From the NCBI RefSeq assembly GCF_009914755.1, contig NC_060936.1: a stretch of 64,000 nucleotides of DNA. The stretch is one strand, 5' to 3'. Each line of letters opens with the position of its first letter. Within the stretch, counting starts at the first letter, position 1. Shown in pieces: positions 15,261 to 32,764 of this stretch. The notes under the pieces are model-generated. The model saw only the letters and a list, made by a program, of their open reading frames with translations. It did no database searches and was not told where the DNA came from. The DNA comes from the human T2T-CHM13v2.0 reference genome, Homo sapiens. The translations under genes and the position numbers were made by a program.

Positions 15261-15671
15261 TATTCTTCCAAGCCTGAGAGCAATGCTTTACTGAGAAGAG
15301 CAGAGGTCAGGATGGGAGCTTGCTTGTGTTGAGTTGGCAAAAGAGGGGGTCACAGGATTCAAGAATTTTTCTCAGCCCAAAATATATAATTTGTTACATA
15401 TATTATGTAATATATAATTTATATTGAAACTGTTGGTAGGTGTTAAATCACCAAGTAATTTATTGTCTACCCAGATGCACGGGGGTGAGAAGGGGAAGAG
15501 GATACACTGCAATTCTCAGTGCTTGCAGCAGGATAGTGAGTTTACAGGTATGTCCCCGCTTTTCTTCTTCTTTCTTACCCCCTCCTACTTCTTCAAATAT
15601 TTAATCATATGCTTTTTTTAAAAAGAAAAAAAATTTAAACATAACAAAAATATATCTTGCAAGGTATTCAT

Positions 15672-16133
15672 TGACAGTTACCCTATCGAATAAATTCATG
15701 AGAGCCCATTGTTTTGGACTAAGTTCCTGCACTAGGGCCCAGCAGACCAGACCAAACCAGCATGAAGTCAGTTGTGCTAAATGTGTCATAATCAAACTGA
15801 ATTTTGAAATGGGCCAGTTTTCAAAAAGAAAAAATAATAAAATAAAATAAAACAGAGATTCACAGCAACCAATCAGAAGGGGCCCAGGTTACCAAAGGGC
15901 ATGATAAGAAAGTTCCCTCTGTTTTGACTCTATAAGGAAGATAATCTTGAAATGACCAATCTGCTTCTTGTCCTTTGTTTCTGTTTTCTTCAGCTCTTGT
16001 CTGCCTAGAAAGCCAATGCCCTCTGCTAAGCTCAGCAGAACACTTACTCTATTTTATGCAATGAGATGTTGCCCAATTCTAGAAGAGCAAATAAATGCTG
16101 ATTAGATCTTTAAAGTAATTTTGTCTTTTGACA
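15672..16133 (+). mobile_element. ERV1 solo LTR (MER31-like)
   Basis: 'cagaccagaccaaaccag', CCAAT box, AATAAA, ends 'taattttgtcttttgaca'. Confidence 0.6.
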
Positions 16134-16179
16134 CTTCAAATGAGTAAGGAATGACAAGAAAGTATTGTTTCCAATGTTA

Positions 16180-16801
<622 letters not shown>

Positions 16802-16879
16802 GATTAAGCTAGGTACATAACAGCATTGCGTCTGAAATTCATTGCATTGCATTTTCGTCTCCACTCCCCTATAGGGGTC

Positions 16880-17448
16880 AAGGCCCTATGTCCTCTCAAG
16901 GTTTGCTGAGAAATCGCTGACATGAGGTAGAATTGATTAGTAGGAGAAAAGGCATACAAATTTACTTCACGTGTATATAAGGTAGCCTTCAGAATGAGGA
17001 CCCAACCCCCCCAGTGAGGTACAGAAGCTAATGTACCATCTTGAGGTTATAGAAAGAATGAAGGCTCAGAGCTCGGCCCAAAACAGGTTACGTTGGTAAA
17101 TCAGGTTTTAGTGGCAGGATAGGTTACGAGAGGGAGAGGGGAAGAGGCTTGGCTAGCAAAGGGGTCCTCCTTATGTAGATGAAACCTCACAGGTAGCAGC
17201 CTGCAGAGAGAACAGATGATGTATGTTTCTTTTCAGACTTTTAAAGGTGTCAGTCTCTCAGCTGATCTCTCCTAGTTCTGGAAAAGGCCTAGAAAGGGAA
17301 GGCCTGGCTGCATCAATGGAGATTCTCTACAGATGCAAATTTTCCTCACAAAAGACAGCTTTGCAAGACACTTGGCTGGCCCTGTAGCAGCCACTTCAAA
17401 ATATGTCAAAGAAATGTATTTTGGGGTAAAATTTTTTTATTTCCTTCA
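16880..17448 (-). mobile_element. ERV1 (MER4-group) solo LTR
   Basis: Minus strand starts TGAAGGAAATAAAAAAATTTTACCCCAAAA; homologous to 34780-35316. Confidence 0.7.
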
Positions 17449-17589
17449 CTCCCTTGCCAGGCCAGATCAAGCCACCCTGACACACTTTCAAAGCATCCTT
17501 TACTGTCCTGGCAGTCTCTAATTAATTCTGCATGTATTTGTGTGACTTTTCCATTAATATCTGCCTTCTCAACTGGTCAGATGGCATTA

Positions 17590-17656
17590 TACCCAGCTCT
17601 AAGCACAGTGCCTGACACATAGCAAGTGCTCAATAAACATCTGTCAAATAAATAAA
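17590..17656 (+). mobile_element. L2/MIR 3' end
   Basis: 'agcacagtgcctgacacatagcaagtgctcaataaacat'. Confidence 0.6.
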
Positions 17657-17722
17657 CTGGTATCAAAATATTTACAGATGAGATGATGGCTATTGAGAGG
17701 CTTTTTTCCTCTTCAGATCAAC

Positions 17723-18194
17723 TGAGGCAGGAGAATAGGGTCTGGAGGCAAGGAACATAAGGCCGATTCACGCTGACTTCCTAGAACTAAATCAAATGGA
17801 AATGCTTCGGCAATGACAGGAAGGTGAATGGCTTTGTAACTTCACTTCATCCTCTCCATTTACATAGGCTACACACACTGAGTAACATCTTCTCCATTTA
17901 CATAGGGCGCATACTGAGTAAATGACTTTGTAACTGGACTTCATCCTCTTCATTTACATAGGGCATACACCAAGTAGCCAATGGGAGACCTCTAGAGGGT
18001 ATTGAAACCCCAGAAAATTCTGTAACTGGGGCCCCTGAGCCACTTGCTTGGGCCCACTCCCATCCTGTGGCACGTGCTTTCATTTTCAATAAATCTCTGC
18101 TTTTGTTGCTTCATTCTTTCCTTGCTTTATTTGTGTGTTTTGTCCAATTCTTTGATCAGAACTCCAAGAATCTGGACACTGTCAACCAGTAACA
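17723..18194 (+). mobile_element. MER61-type ERV1 solo LTR
   Basis: TGAGGCAGGAGAATAGGGTCTGG...CAGTAACA, internal tandem repeats, AATAAA, 4-bp TSD CAAC. Confidence 0.85.
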
Positions 18195-18563
18195 CAACCA
18201 GTTCTCTGATTCTCCAACACCAGCTTGAGTATGCCACAATTCAATTTGATTGTGGTGCCGGCTGTCTGGAGCTAGCTCAGACTTCGCAGGTTTAAGAGCT
18301 CAGTCACACAGACTGCACTCACTTCAGAGGCCAGTCACAAGGATCCAGTCTCCAGGTTATCCATACTCCTGTCTGAGTTGGCTACAAAGCTGGGGGTTCC
18401 TACAACCGCCTCCTTCAGGTTCCATAATTTGCTGGAATTGTAACCATAAGAAGTCTGTGCCTGATGCATACAGCAGGTCAATATGCTGAGACACCAGGTT
18501 GCAGCAGAGAAAGAGGTCTAATCATAGTGTAACCAAAACACAAGTTTAGTCTTTCGCTGCTTG

Positions 18564-19209
<646 letters not shown>

Positions 19210-19354
19210 CTTGCAGAGTCCAATTAATAAGATCAAGATTTGGTATAAAGTGAGTTTTTATTCCAGAGCTAGCTTAGGGAAAGAAGTACAGGCTTCCTGC
19301 TCTAAGGGCTCTGCTTTGCTTTTGGAGGAGAAAGTAGGCACTTTTAAAGGGGAG

Positions 19355-19655
19355 TGCCGGGAGTAGTGGCTCACGCCTGTAATCCCAATATTTTGGGAGG
19401 CCAAGGCAGGCAGATAGATCACTTGAGCCCAGGAGTTTGAGATCAGCCTGGACAACATGGCAAAACCCCTTCTCTACAAGAAGTTTAAAAATTAGCTGGG
19501 CATGGTGGCACGTGCCTGTAGTCTCGGCTACTCAGCAGGAGGATCATTTGAGCCTGGGAAGTTAAGGCTGCAGTGAGCTGTGATTGCGCCTGCACTCCAG
19601 TCTGGGTGACAGAATGAGACGTTCTGTCTCAAAGAATAATAATAATAAAATAAAA
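19355..19655 (+). mobile_element. Alu (AluJ-like)
   Basis: Dimer with (AAT)n/A tail. Confidence 0.9.
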
Positions 19656-20287
19656 GGGAACTTGGCATGAATGGCACACAGGAAAGGGAAACGCAGGTTG
19701 GGGGGTCCACGTGACTGGCTTTAGTGCTTTATCCACAGGTGCCATTATGGGGAGAACAAGGTTGTATTTTTCGTTGTAAATTGATGGTTGTCTCTCAAGG
19801 CAATCTCCTGGTGAGAGACAGTTCTGCTCTGCAGCTTCTAAGCACACAGTTAGATAAGCTTGCCCTGCAGGGAGTGTCTGGTGAAGGGAAGGTAAAAGGT
19901 TATAATTGCATTTCTAAACAGCTAAGTAGGAAGTAGGGAATAGAAGAAAAAGGAGAAAACAGAAAATAAGAAATAAAAAAGAAAAACATAATAAAAACTC
20001 ATTATCTTTCTCTTAGAAAAATGGGGGTACTTGGTTAAAATAGGGCCTCCAAACAAGGAGACGGGTGGAAACCTTGAGAGCTTGGGACTGTGGCTTTTAA
20101 GAGCTTTGGAGTGGGCTGAAGTATACAGATCATCGATTGGTTGAAGAGTTCAGGGCAAAGTCATGGGACAGAAACATGAAGAAGCAGTGTTCTCATGCTG
20201 GTTCTGTTCCTCTATGGGGGTCTTCAAACTGGTTGGCATCTGCTGTTTTGCGGGAATCCAGGATCTGAAAAACATCTTAAGCAATGC

Positions 20288-20612
20288 TTTTTTTTTTTTT
20301 TTTTACTTTTTTTTTTTTTTTTTTTTGAGATGGAGTCTCGCTCTGTGGCCCAGACTGGAGTACAATGGTGTGATCTTGGCTCACTGCAACCTCTGCCTCC
20401 TGGGTTCATTCAAGTGATTCTCCTGCCTCAGCCTCCCAAATACCTGGGATTATAGGCGCCCGTCACCATGCCCGACTAATTTTTGTATTTTTAGTAGAGA
20501 CGGGGTTTCACCCTGTTGGCCAGGCTGGTCTCGAACTCCTGACCTCAGGTGATCCACCCGTCTCAGCTTCCCAAAGTGCTGGGATTACAGGCGTGAGCCA
20601 CTGCGCCTGGCC
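20288..20612 (-). mobile_element. Alu (AluSx-like)
   Basis: Long poly(T), full dimer, TSD ttaagcaat. Confidence 0.95.
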
Positions 20613-23449
20613 TTAAGCAATTCCTAAACAAAAGCCTTGTGATTCTTATGTCAGAGAGCTTATCTACCTTAAACAAAAGTCTTATGATTCTAACGTCAGA
20701 AATCCTGTCTATAGGAACAATGGGGATGCAGACGGTCAGTATATACTGCTATGTGATTTGGGGGTTACCAGGAAGTAGATCAAAGTGCAACCTGATTAAT
20801 ACTTTATTATAACTGTGTTTCTGTCCAGAATTTTTGTTAGCTCATGACTTCAGAATGACTCCAAACTTAGGAAAGCACTCTACTGACTTTCACTTGTTTA
20901 TAATAAAGGGTACAACTCAGGAACAGCCAAATGCAAGAAAGGCAAGTGCAAGATATGGGGCGGGTGGGGTATGTGAAGCTTCCATGCCCTCTCCCCAGAA
21001 GCACTCTCCCTGGAGGCTAGGGGTTATTATGGAGGTTTCATTTCTGTGGGCATGATTGATGAAATCATTGGTCATTGGTGATTAACTCAATCTCCAGCCC
21101 TTCTCTCTCCAGAGGTTTTTGGGGTGCAGGGTCCTGAAGCCACTTAAGATGAGCCCTCAGCTACCAGCCATTTTGTTCAGCATACAAAAACACTGATCAC
21201 TCCAGATATTCCATTTTAGGAGCTTCATACATATTATACCTTTCAGGGAACAGTTTTGTTCCATCTTCCCTCCCACGGCAGGCCAGACTGGCCCGGGAGG
21301 AGAAATGGAGCCTTGGGCAGGACCGAGGCTGGAGAAAGCCAGGGCCAATGGGATACACACCCAGGAGAGGGCTCGCTGGGAAGCCAGGAAGAGTCTAAAA
21401 GCTGCAAATCCTAGAAATAAGAGTGAGAACAATAGGAGTGTGAGGTTTGCAAAGGAGGCGCAGGAAGCAAGTTCAGAGGGAGGTGTGAAGAGCTCCCACC
21501 CCCAGGGCTGAGAGCCTTTCACGAATGCCCAAGGCCAAGTTCTAAACAGGGGGATGTTAAGGGCACCTGTACTGTTCAGATAAGTTCCAAAAGGGCCCTT
21601 CCAATGCTGAGATTCTATGACACTTATTTACATAGTAACAGGTTTAAAAAAAAAAAGAAAAGAAAGACTATGAAAAAGTACAAGGTTTCATTTTCATAAA
21701 TAAAACAACCGTAATCACTGAATTGATGTTATGTTGGAAAGTTCTCTGCTTCTAGAATATGCACAACTAAGGGGAAAGATGGCTTGAGATAAATGATAAA
21801 TATGATGCCTTATTTAAAGAACATCTTAAGTTTGTAACAGCTTCCAAAAATATAGTATGAAGAAATGTGTGTTATATAATCCTCATTTCTTAAATGACTC
21901 AGATACATGATTGATTTAGTATTTAACAGTGGTTCAACATTTCAAAGGTTGATTCTAAACACATTCACGTATTGCTGCAGATATTTCCTATCTAGATTCA
22001 AAGTCAGAACTCACTGAAGAATGCCAAGGACACATGAAGAACATCCCACAGCCTGTAAATTAAGGGACAGCTTGTCTTTACTTTCACACAGCCATTTACT
22101 TCTTTCATTTAAGACATTTGTCTGAGTTGGGTCATTTGGTACAAAACCTTGTAGATAATAGAAGAAATTAGCAAAAATATTAGAAATAAAGCTTTTAGAA
22201 TTGTTTGAAAAGGGACAACAAATATAGAAAGTCATTTTTAAGTAAACAACTAGAAATAAGAATTCTAGGTAAATTTTTAAAAGGTAATAAACATCATTTT
22301 CTGAGACCTTCATTGTGCATAGTATATTTTTAATGTTGTGGAACTGAAGCCAAGATAGAATTTTACAATTTCTAACTGGCTCAAGAGAAATTGCTTCCAT
22401 AAGGAAAGGTTTTCTCATTAGGTGTGAATTCTGTTTTTCAAAACGATTTAAAATTAAAGATGTGTATTAACAAAGCCAAACAGAAAAGATAGCAGGAGCA
22501 ATTCCTTTAATCATTGGAAACACAGCAGTGCAAAGAGTGGACAGGCAATGTTAAGTTTACAATCCCTTAAAGTACCTTTAGTAGTATTCATTGCACACAG
22601 GAACGCACTCCTCCTAATATGACAGGCTTTCTCTCTCACCAAAACCTTTCATACTGGAGCAAATAACAAAATGGAGTGTGTCTTCCTTCTGCTAGAGTCC
22701 CCAGTCTGGTGGGAATATGGCTGACATTGTTTTCTGCTGGGAATGCAGGATGTCGTTCAACACGCAGTTGCACATCCCATCTCTGGCACTTCTGTCTGAG
22801 CCTGTTTCTTTGCTGCTGTCCAGGCCTTTCCCAAGATAGGAGCAACCATATCCCAGCTTGCTGCCTGCCCTGTCACTTTGCTGTTAGTGTCTCTGCCGTG
22901 CGACCAAGCTCCCATGTGGCTTCCCGAGCAGCTCCATTAGTATTCTCACTGTGACTGAGCCCACGGTAACGGGCAAAAGAAAATCACCAACTGCAAAGCC
23001 TGGAATACAGCTGTTCTGCACACATCTCTAGGTAACAGTCATCACAATTCAGTCCCCAAGCTGGACGTGATGGATGATAAATGAGTAACACAGATGCTGC
23101 TGTTACTTAGAGGCAGACCTGCAGAAGCAGGACAGAAGTCTCGGGCAAATACACAGCAGTAATTACTTATCTGCTACTTGATTGCTCTTACACAAAAGAA
23201 AAGCAGCTCTTCCTTGTGAAAGGAGACACCCAAACTTAGAGCTAGTTTGAGTCTTGGGTCTTCCCCTATCCCCCAGTTGGGTGATTCCTGGCAAGTTATA
23301 GTATCTTCATCTGTACTGAAGTCCAGGCTTGCTGGGAGAGTTCAGGGAGCCGCTCCTGGAACTGAGGCAGGAGTTGCTTACACCTTTCTGGCCGCCTCTT
23401 GATGGGCAATGTCAAACAGCTTTAAATTCTTCCTCCCTGGTTCCAATAA

Positions 23450-24605
<1,156 letters not shown>

Positions 24606-24636
24606 ATAGATTTGCATTTTTAAAAACCCACAGTGG

Positions 24637-25125
<489 letters not shown>

Positions 25126-25413
25126 TTAATGGAGTTTATGGGGAAGACATTAAACTGGTATTCACAGCTAGGATGAGTACAGTGAGGGGTACAGAGCTCT
25201 GCAAGTGCTCTGAGCAAAAGTTCTAGAATATCCTTCTGGTACTCTATTGCCTCCTGGTCCTGGAGCCTGGCCTTGGAACAGCCCTTCCAAGAGTAAGCCC
25301 ATGAATCCCAAGTAGTGGCTCACTGATAATCATCTGGATGGTGACTTCCATCCAGGTTTCTGAGTATCACTCTTTTTGGATTTCACCTCCTTAAAAAAGT
25401 AGGAACCTGCTAA

Positions 25414-25956
25414 TGAAACCCTGCTCCAAAGAGTTAAAAAAACCAATGACTAACAAAAATTCTTACATTTACAGGAAGACAGATTAAAAAAAAAAAAACA
25501 ACAAAACACCCCACTTACTAAAACACTAAAACTCCTTCAGCTTATGAGATAACAAAACAGAATAAAATAAACTAGAACTGATGTAACTGACTGGAGTTTG
25601 CACAGCACAAGCTTGCTGATTTCACAGCCTAGATTTCTACCAGCTATTTCATGCCAACTCCTCCCAAATTTACATATGGGACTCATAAAAAGACATAAAA
25701 AGATAACTGTGCATGCCTGAAGACTTCCCAGACCTCCCTTTCCTTCTATCAATCACCTACCAATCCTAGAATCCACCCCCTAAACCTTCCTTAATAAAAT
25801 TACTGCCTTAAAGCCAGCTTAGGAAAACAAATTTGAACTAGTCTACTGTCCCCTTGGGAGTTGACTTACAATAAAAAGCTTTTCTTTTCTCAAAAACCTG
25901 GCATCAAATATTGACTTCTAGCACATTGGCCAGTGAGCCCCTTTTGCTTGATGACA
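25414..25956 (+). mobile_element. ERV1 solo LTR (family unresolved)
   Basis: 'tgaaaccctgctccaaagagttaa' ... AATAAA ... 'cccttttgcttgatgaca'. Confidence 0.55.
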
Positions 25957-26231
25957 CTAAAACTGCCCAACGGGTTCTTCCCACCTGCTGCACAAATAAA
26001 GACCACAGCCTTGCAGTAAAGAAAATTTAATTGACTCGAGGTTGGCCATGCTACACTGCAGATAGGGATAGAGTTATTACTCAAATCAATCTCATCTCAG
26101 GCTCATAGGTTAGGGGTTTTTCAAAGGCAGTTTGGAAGAAGGGATTGGGGTGGCCATGCAATGGGTGTTTGCTGCTAATTGGTTGGGGAGGAGATGAAAT
26201 ATAGGGGGTCGAAGTTATCTTCTTGAGCTGA

Positions 26232-26759
<528 letters not shown>

Positions 26760-26869
26760 GACCACATTGAGTTTTGGGGAAAGACTATTATTAAATAGGC
26801 CTGATTATTTAATAATAGGCCTTGATTATTTAATAATAAACCATAGGTTATTTAAACTATAACCTAACT

Positions 26870-27385
26870 CAGTGGTCCCCAGCCTTTTTGGCATCAGGGA
26901 CTGGTTTTATGGAAGACAATTTTTCCATGGAGAGTGGAGGGGATAGTTTCGGGATAATTCAAGTGCATTATATTTATTGTGTGCTTTATTTCTTTTATTA
27001 TTACATTGTAATACATAATGAAATAATTATACAACTCACCGTAATGTAGAATCAGTGGAATCCTTAGCTTGTTTTCCTACAAATAGATGGGCTCATTTGG
27101 GGTGATGGGAGACAGTGACAGATCATGAGGCATTAGACTCTCTTAAGGAGTGTGCAGCCTAGATCCCAGGTATGTGAGGGATACTCAGAACACAAGGGGG
27201 TTCACACTTCTATGAGAATCTAATGCCACTGCTGATCTGACAGGAGGTGGAGCTCAGGCGGTAACGGCGAGTGGCGTAAATATAGATGAAGTTTTGCTCT
27301 CTCACCCATCTCTCACCTCCTGCTGTGCAGCCTGGTTCCTAACAGGCCAGAGACTGGTGTGTGGCCCAGGGGCTGGGGACCCCTG
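26870..27385. mobile_element. MER1 (MER1A-like, Charlie hAT) DNA transposon
   Basis: TIRs CAGTGGTCCCCAGCC / GGCTGGGGACCCCTG; 8-bp TSD acctaact/acctaaat. Confidence 0.88.
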
Positions 27386-27546
27386 ACCTAAATGTCTTCC
27401 AAAGTTAGCTCAGCCTAAGATCAGGAATAATTAAGGCAGCTTGAAAGCTAAAGGCAAGGGAGGGGTGGGTTAGATCAGATCTCTTTCTCTGTCACAATTT
27501 TCTCACTGACACAATTTTTACAAAGGTGGTTTCAACACTGACTTTC

Positions 27547-27852
<306 letters not shown>

Positions 27853-28918
27853 TGAGTTGCAATCTCTGTATGTTGATTCTCTCCTTTCCAAGCACAGGCC
27901 CAAACTAGAATCCACTGAATGCCCAAGCTTGCTGATTAGAAAAACTTCCACTATCAGCAGGTGCAACCAGATCAGCCTCCCCAGCACCTGACCCACCCCA
28001 GTGCCAAATACTCAACCTCCCAATCCTCTCCTGGTTAGATCCTTTCTTAGTCCCACGGGTTTCCAAGATACAAGTGCAACTTTCCTGTAGCTATGATGGA
28101 GAGGCACTTTTATTAAAAGTCCTTAATTTCCAGCACTGAAAACTTCTGAAAAATAGTGGAATTACACATTCTCATCTTAATAGATTATCAGTTTTGCTGA
28201 ATTATTTTTATCATGGCAAGACTACTATAATAGCTTTGTTAATGTAAATAAAGTCAGAGAGGAGCTAGTACTTTTGAAAAGCACTTGTACCAAATATTTA
28301 TTGCTATTCTTTTCTGAAATCAGTAACTTTCCAAAAAGAGTGGAACCACCATGGCTTTCATTTTGGGTTTCGGAGTGTGTGAGAAGAAAAAGAGATCCTG
28401 GTAAAAGTCCTGAACTCATGAACATAAACTATAATAAAGAAACAAAAAGAGAATTTTAGAATGGTGGTTAATTATGACTTTTCACATGTAAAATTCTACG
28501 TGATAGAGTGCATAATGGAAACAGTTGTGCGTGTTTAGTATTGTATTGCTGAATGATAATTTGCATTGATGATGTCCTCACATTAACCAATTCAAGCAAA
28601 CTTAATAATGAGAAGCTTGAAGAGGAAAATAAGACTCTGGCTCAGTGGAATAATGATTAATTCACAATTGCAATTAACACCTCAGAAGGTCTCAACCAAG
28701 AAGCTAGCTGGATGTGCAGCAGTGATGTAATCAGACTGTTTACGTCTGGCTTGAACTGAATCAATGATATTGGTGGCAGGGTACAGACTTTATCTCCATT
28801 TTTAAAGAAATAGAAGACTTAGGTTTTCTGAACTAAGGTTTATGCAATGATTTGTCTTTACAACATATTTTAAAAGAAATTTTTATATAGAAGTGTATAA
28901 GAATATATACTCCTTCAA

Positions 28919-28948
28919 ACACACACACACACACACACACACACGCAC
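28919..28948. repeat. (AC)n microsatellite
   Basis: About 13 AC units. Confidence 0.9.
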
Positions 28949-29539
28949 CATCTCTTTTCTGATTTCTTCTGGAAACTGACAAAAGAAACATGAAGATCAT
29001 AAATTATAATGTTGACTTCTGACTCTCCCTCTTATCTTCTGCACAACTGAAGAAAAATTCACTTAAATAACTTCTAGTCTGAATTAAAATTTGGTTTTTA
29101 ATTTGTGTTCAAAAGCCAAAAATGTGCAGATGTTACTGAAACCACTGGTGTGTGACCAAAAGATTTTTCCACATTAAGCACAAAGAAAGGACTGTCCTTT
29201 GGTTGGTGATTACAACAGCTATTTATAGAGCCTGCCTCTGTAGTTTTGCTCCTGGATATCAATAAGGAGACCAGCTCTCAGTCTGATTATCTTTCACACC
29301 CTCATTCACATTGCCTTTCACACATTGGATAATCATCTGTCCTCAGGACAGACCACAAAGTCTTTATCTGACTTATTCAGGCATTCATAGCAACCAAATC
29401 AGATCACTCCAAGGCAAGGTAATCAATTCCTTAGTAGCTGGCTGCCACAGTGGCAAACTCCACCAAAAGATCAAGTTTTGGTTGATTTGGGTGAATGGCA
29501 CTGGCAGAAGCCTTCTTGTTCTGGGAGAATCAGTATGGG

Positions 29540-29770
29540 ATGGTAGGATAGGAGTTACCAAACTGGATTAGAATTTTTACTGAACCTCCTACCAGCTGGA
29601 TGGCCTTGGACTGTTTCTCAGCCTCTTTGAGCATGACTTTCCTTATCTGCAAAATAGATAGACAGTAAAACCTACTTTGTAGATTGTTGCAATGATTTGG
29701 GATTATCTATATAAAGTTCCATCACAGAGCCTGACACACAGAAGGCACTCGGAAAAAGGTAGCTATTTTC
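29540..29770 (+). mobile_element. MIR SINE
   Basis: 'ctttccttatctgcaaaatag...gattgttgcaatgatttgggat...agagcctgacacacagaaggcactc'. Confidence 0.7.
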
Positions 29771-30401
29771 TGAAACTCTCTCCTCTTCCAATCCGTCTTC
29801 TCACTGCTGTCAAATGATACCTTTCTCAAATGCTACTTTTATTTTGTTCTCTTCTATTGGCAGTCCTACCTGTCCTAATACACGTGTCGGGTCCATTCAT
29901 CATCATACAAATGATTCTGGCTCCTCCTTGCCTAGGCTCCTTCCTTGGCCTGGAAAGTCCTCCACTTTTGCCTCCATCCATCCAAAACTGTCCCATGTTT
30001 ACATGTTTCTTAACTCAGCCCAAGTCCTTCTTCCTTCAGGGGAAGCCTTATTAATTGACCTCCCCCACCATTAGGTAATGATACCGGGAGTCCACACCTC
30101 ACAGTTGGTTATACAGAATTTCTTATGTGCTAATATTCTCACCAACAGATGGTAAGCTCCCTGGTACAACGGTAGTATCACAAACTATCTGTACCACAGT
30201 ACTCAGTTTAATGTTGGCTGTATAACAGACGCTCACATTGTTGTTTGCAGACTCATTCACACAAGCACTATCACCTTCGCATTGATTTTACTTGATGAGT
30301 AAGTACCTGGAATATCCATGCTTTCACTGGAGCCAGAACACAGCTTTGAATGAAATTAGAAGTCAAGTCAATTTTAAAATCTTTCTTAAAATTCAATGTA
30401 G

Positions 30402-30713
<312 letters not shown>

Positions 30714-30861
30714 AGAAACACCATTTTAAAGCTGTAAGTGTCCTGCAGAGTCATCTAAACTCGATCCACTTTATTTTATCATTGAAACAACAGAAAATCA
30801 TGGAGATTGAATGATTTGCCTACCACAGTCAGTTCATGTGAGATCCAAAAGGGAAACTTGG

Positions 30862-30985
30862 AGCCCAGCACAGTGGCTCATGCCTGTAATGCTAAATATG
30901 TGGAGACTGAGGCAGGAGGATTACTGGATCCCAGTAGCTCAAGGCCAGCCTGGGCAACATAGCAAGATCCCATCTCTTTTAAAAA
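30862..30985 (+). mobile_element. Degenerate Alu left monomer
   Basis: 'cacagtggctcatgcctgtaat...ccagcctgggcaacatagcaagatccc'. Confidence 0.75.
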
Positions 30986-31428
30986 GTCGTTATCATTATT
31001 AAGATATTGTCATCTTTTCTGAGTGATTTTTAAATGTCACAGAAGGGCTACACTTAAATGCTGATGGCTTCACAGGCTAGCATCTATAGGAGAGAATTTA
31101 GAAAACTGACAGATGGATACTTTGCTGAGAAAGGATTTTGTAAAATAAACGTAGTTGCTCGTAATTATTCAGCAACTGCAGTTTCTTTTAGCTCCTAATA
31201 AATATCTAATTTGTAGGGCCAAAAAGTATTCTGGGAACTTGCTTGCTCCATTTATTTTTCTCTAACTGGAGCACCCTGAAGCCATCTAAGGCCTAAAATA
31301 AACAAACTTGACAAATAAATAAATAAATAAAAACTGGTGGGAATTCAGAGCTTCTTGCCTGCAATTCTTTCCTATCCTGGGAAAGAAAAGATTAACTACA
31401 CAGATTAACTTTTAGAAATGGCTGATAG

Positions 31429-32229
31429 TGAAATGGGAGAGTTCCCTGACCACCCTCAAAGGACATGACACAGGGGTGTGGCTCGTCTCTTCAGCCGCCA
31501 TGCACACTGAAACCTCTTACGGAAGGGGGAGCATACAGACATGCAGGTGCGGGAGCCGGGGCGAGCACCTCTGGTCTCTGGCCCCATGGCAGCATACAGG
31601 GGTGGGGGCCTGCCACTCCCAAAGCCCAAGTAGGCATGTGTTATAGTGGGCTTTTTCAGCCTTGCCATCTGCAGAGGGCTTAAGTGTTAAACAGCTCAGT
31701 GGACCCTCTGCCCTTTCACAAAGGCAGAGAGCCAGTGTGACAGCTTTCTGTATTCTGAGCACTTGTCTGGCATCCAGGAAAAATCAGGTCACACACGGAT
31801 TTGAAGGATGAATGCAGGGGTTTTATTAAGTGGTGGAAGTGGCTCTCAGCAGGATGGATGGGGAGCTGGAAGGGGGATGGAGTGGGAAGATCATTTTCCC
31901 CTGGAGTTTGGCTATCCAGCAGCTGATCTCCTCTCTGACTATCCCTAGCGGAACTCCTCTCGATGTTCAGACACTTCTTCTCTTCTCTCCTTCTCTGTTG
32001 CTCTTCTGCTCTTCTGTTCATCTGCTTGTCTCCTTATGGAGCCTGGGGTTTGGGGTTTATATGGGTACATGATGGTGGGGGGTGTGGTGGGCCAAAATGC
32101 AACTTTTTGGCATGAAAACTGGAATGCCTGTTCCCATTTAGGGCCATGGGTTTCCAGGTTTGAGGGTGAGGTCTTTGCTGGGGAACTGCCCTCTTCTACC
32201 CAGTATTTCCCTGTCTCCTGTCCATATCA
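31429..32229 (-). mobile_element. LTR1-family ERV1 solo LTR
   Basis: Minus strand TGATATGGACAGGAGACAGGGAAATACTGGGTAGAAGAGGGC...GGGAACTCTCCCATTTCA; TSD atag/acag. Confidence 0.8.
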
Positions 32230-32764
32230 ACAGTAAGTCTTCTGCAAGGGTTTTGTTGTTTTAAAGGGATAGGATGTTTCTACAGCAATTGTTTTTTATC
32301 TAGTTTATGATATTTTAGAGCATTTCCAAAATCTCCAAATCAAATTAATTTTCATTTTCTTCATGGTTAAAAAAATCTTTGGTTTTAGCAAAAGAGTATG
32401 ACAGAAGGATCTCAAAGTCAAACAACCCATTTGCTTAATTACAGCAATACTAAGGATTGCAGATGTGTATTGGCTGAATAAAGTTATGTAATATGGTGAA
32501 TGCAGAACAGGGCACTGGGCAAGAGAGAGCACCAGGCTAAAGGCGGGGTTCTTGGAAGCTAAGATTGACAACATCTGTGGCTGATAAAAGTGAAAAGTAG
32601 GTAACAGTTCCTTGGTTGTAGATAATCCAGATTTGGTTGGAGAGCATTTATCTATGGTCAGTAACTACTGCATGGTCTGGAATTCTAGGAATTAAGTAGC
32701 AAGAAAAAGTGCTATTGCTGGAGAAATGGATGATGAGACTCCGATCCTGATGAGAAACATAGAG

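Noticed and set aside
21250-21540. Purine-rich segment with 68-aa and 121-aa ORFs
   Set aside because: No domain similarity or supporting gene structure
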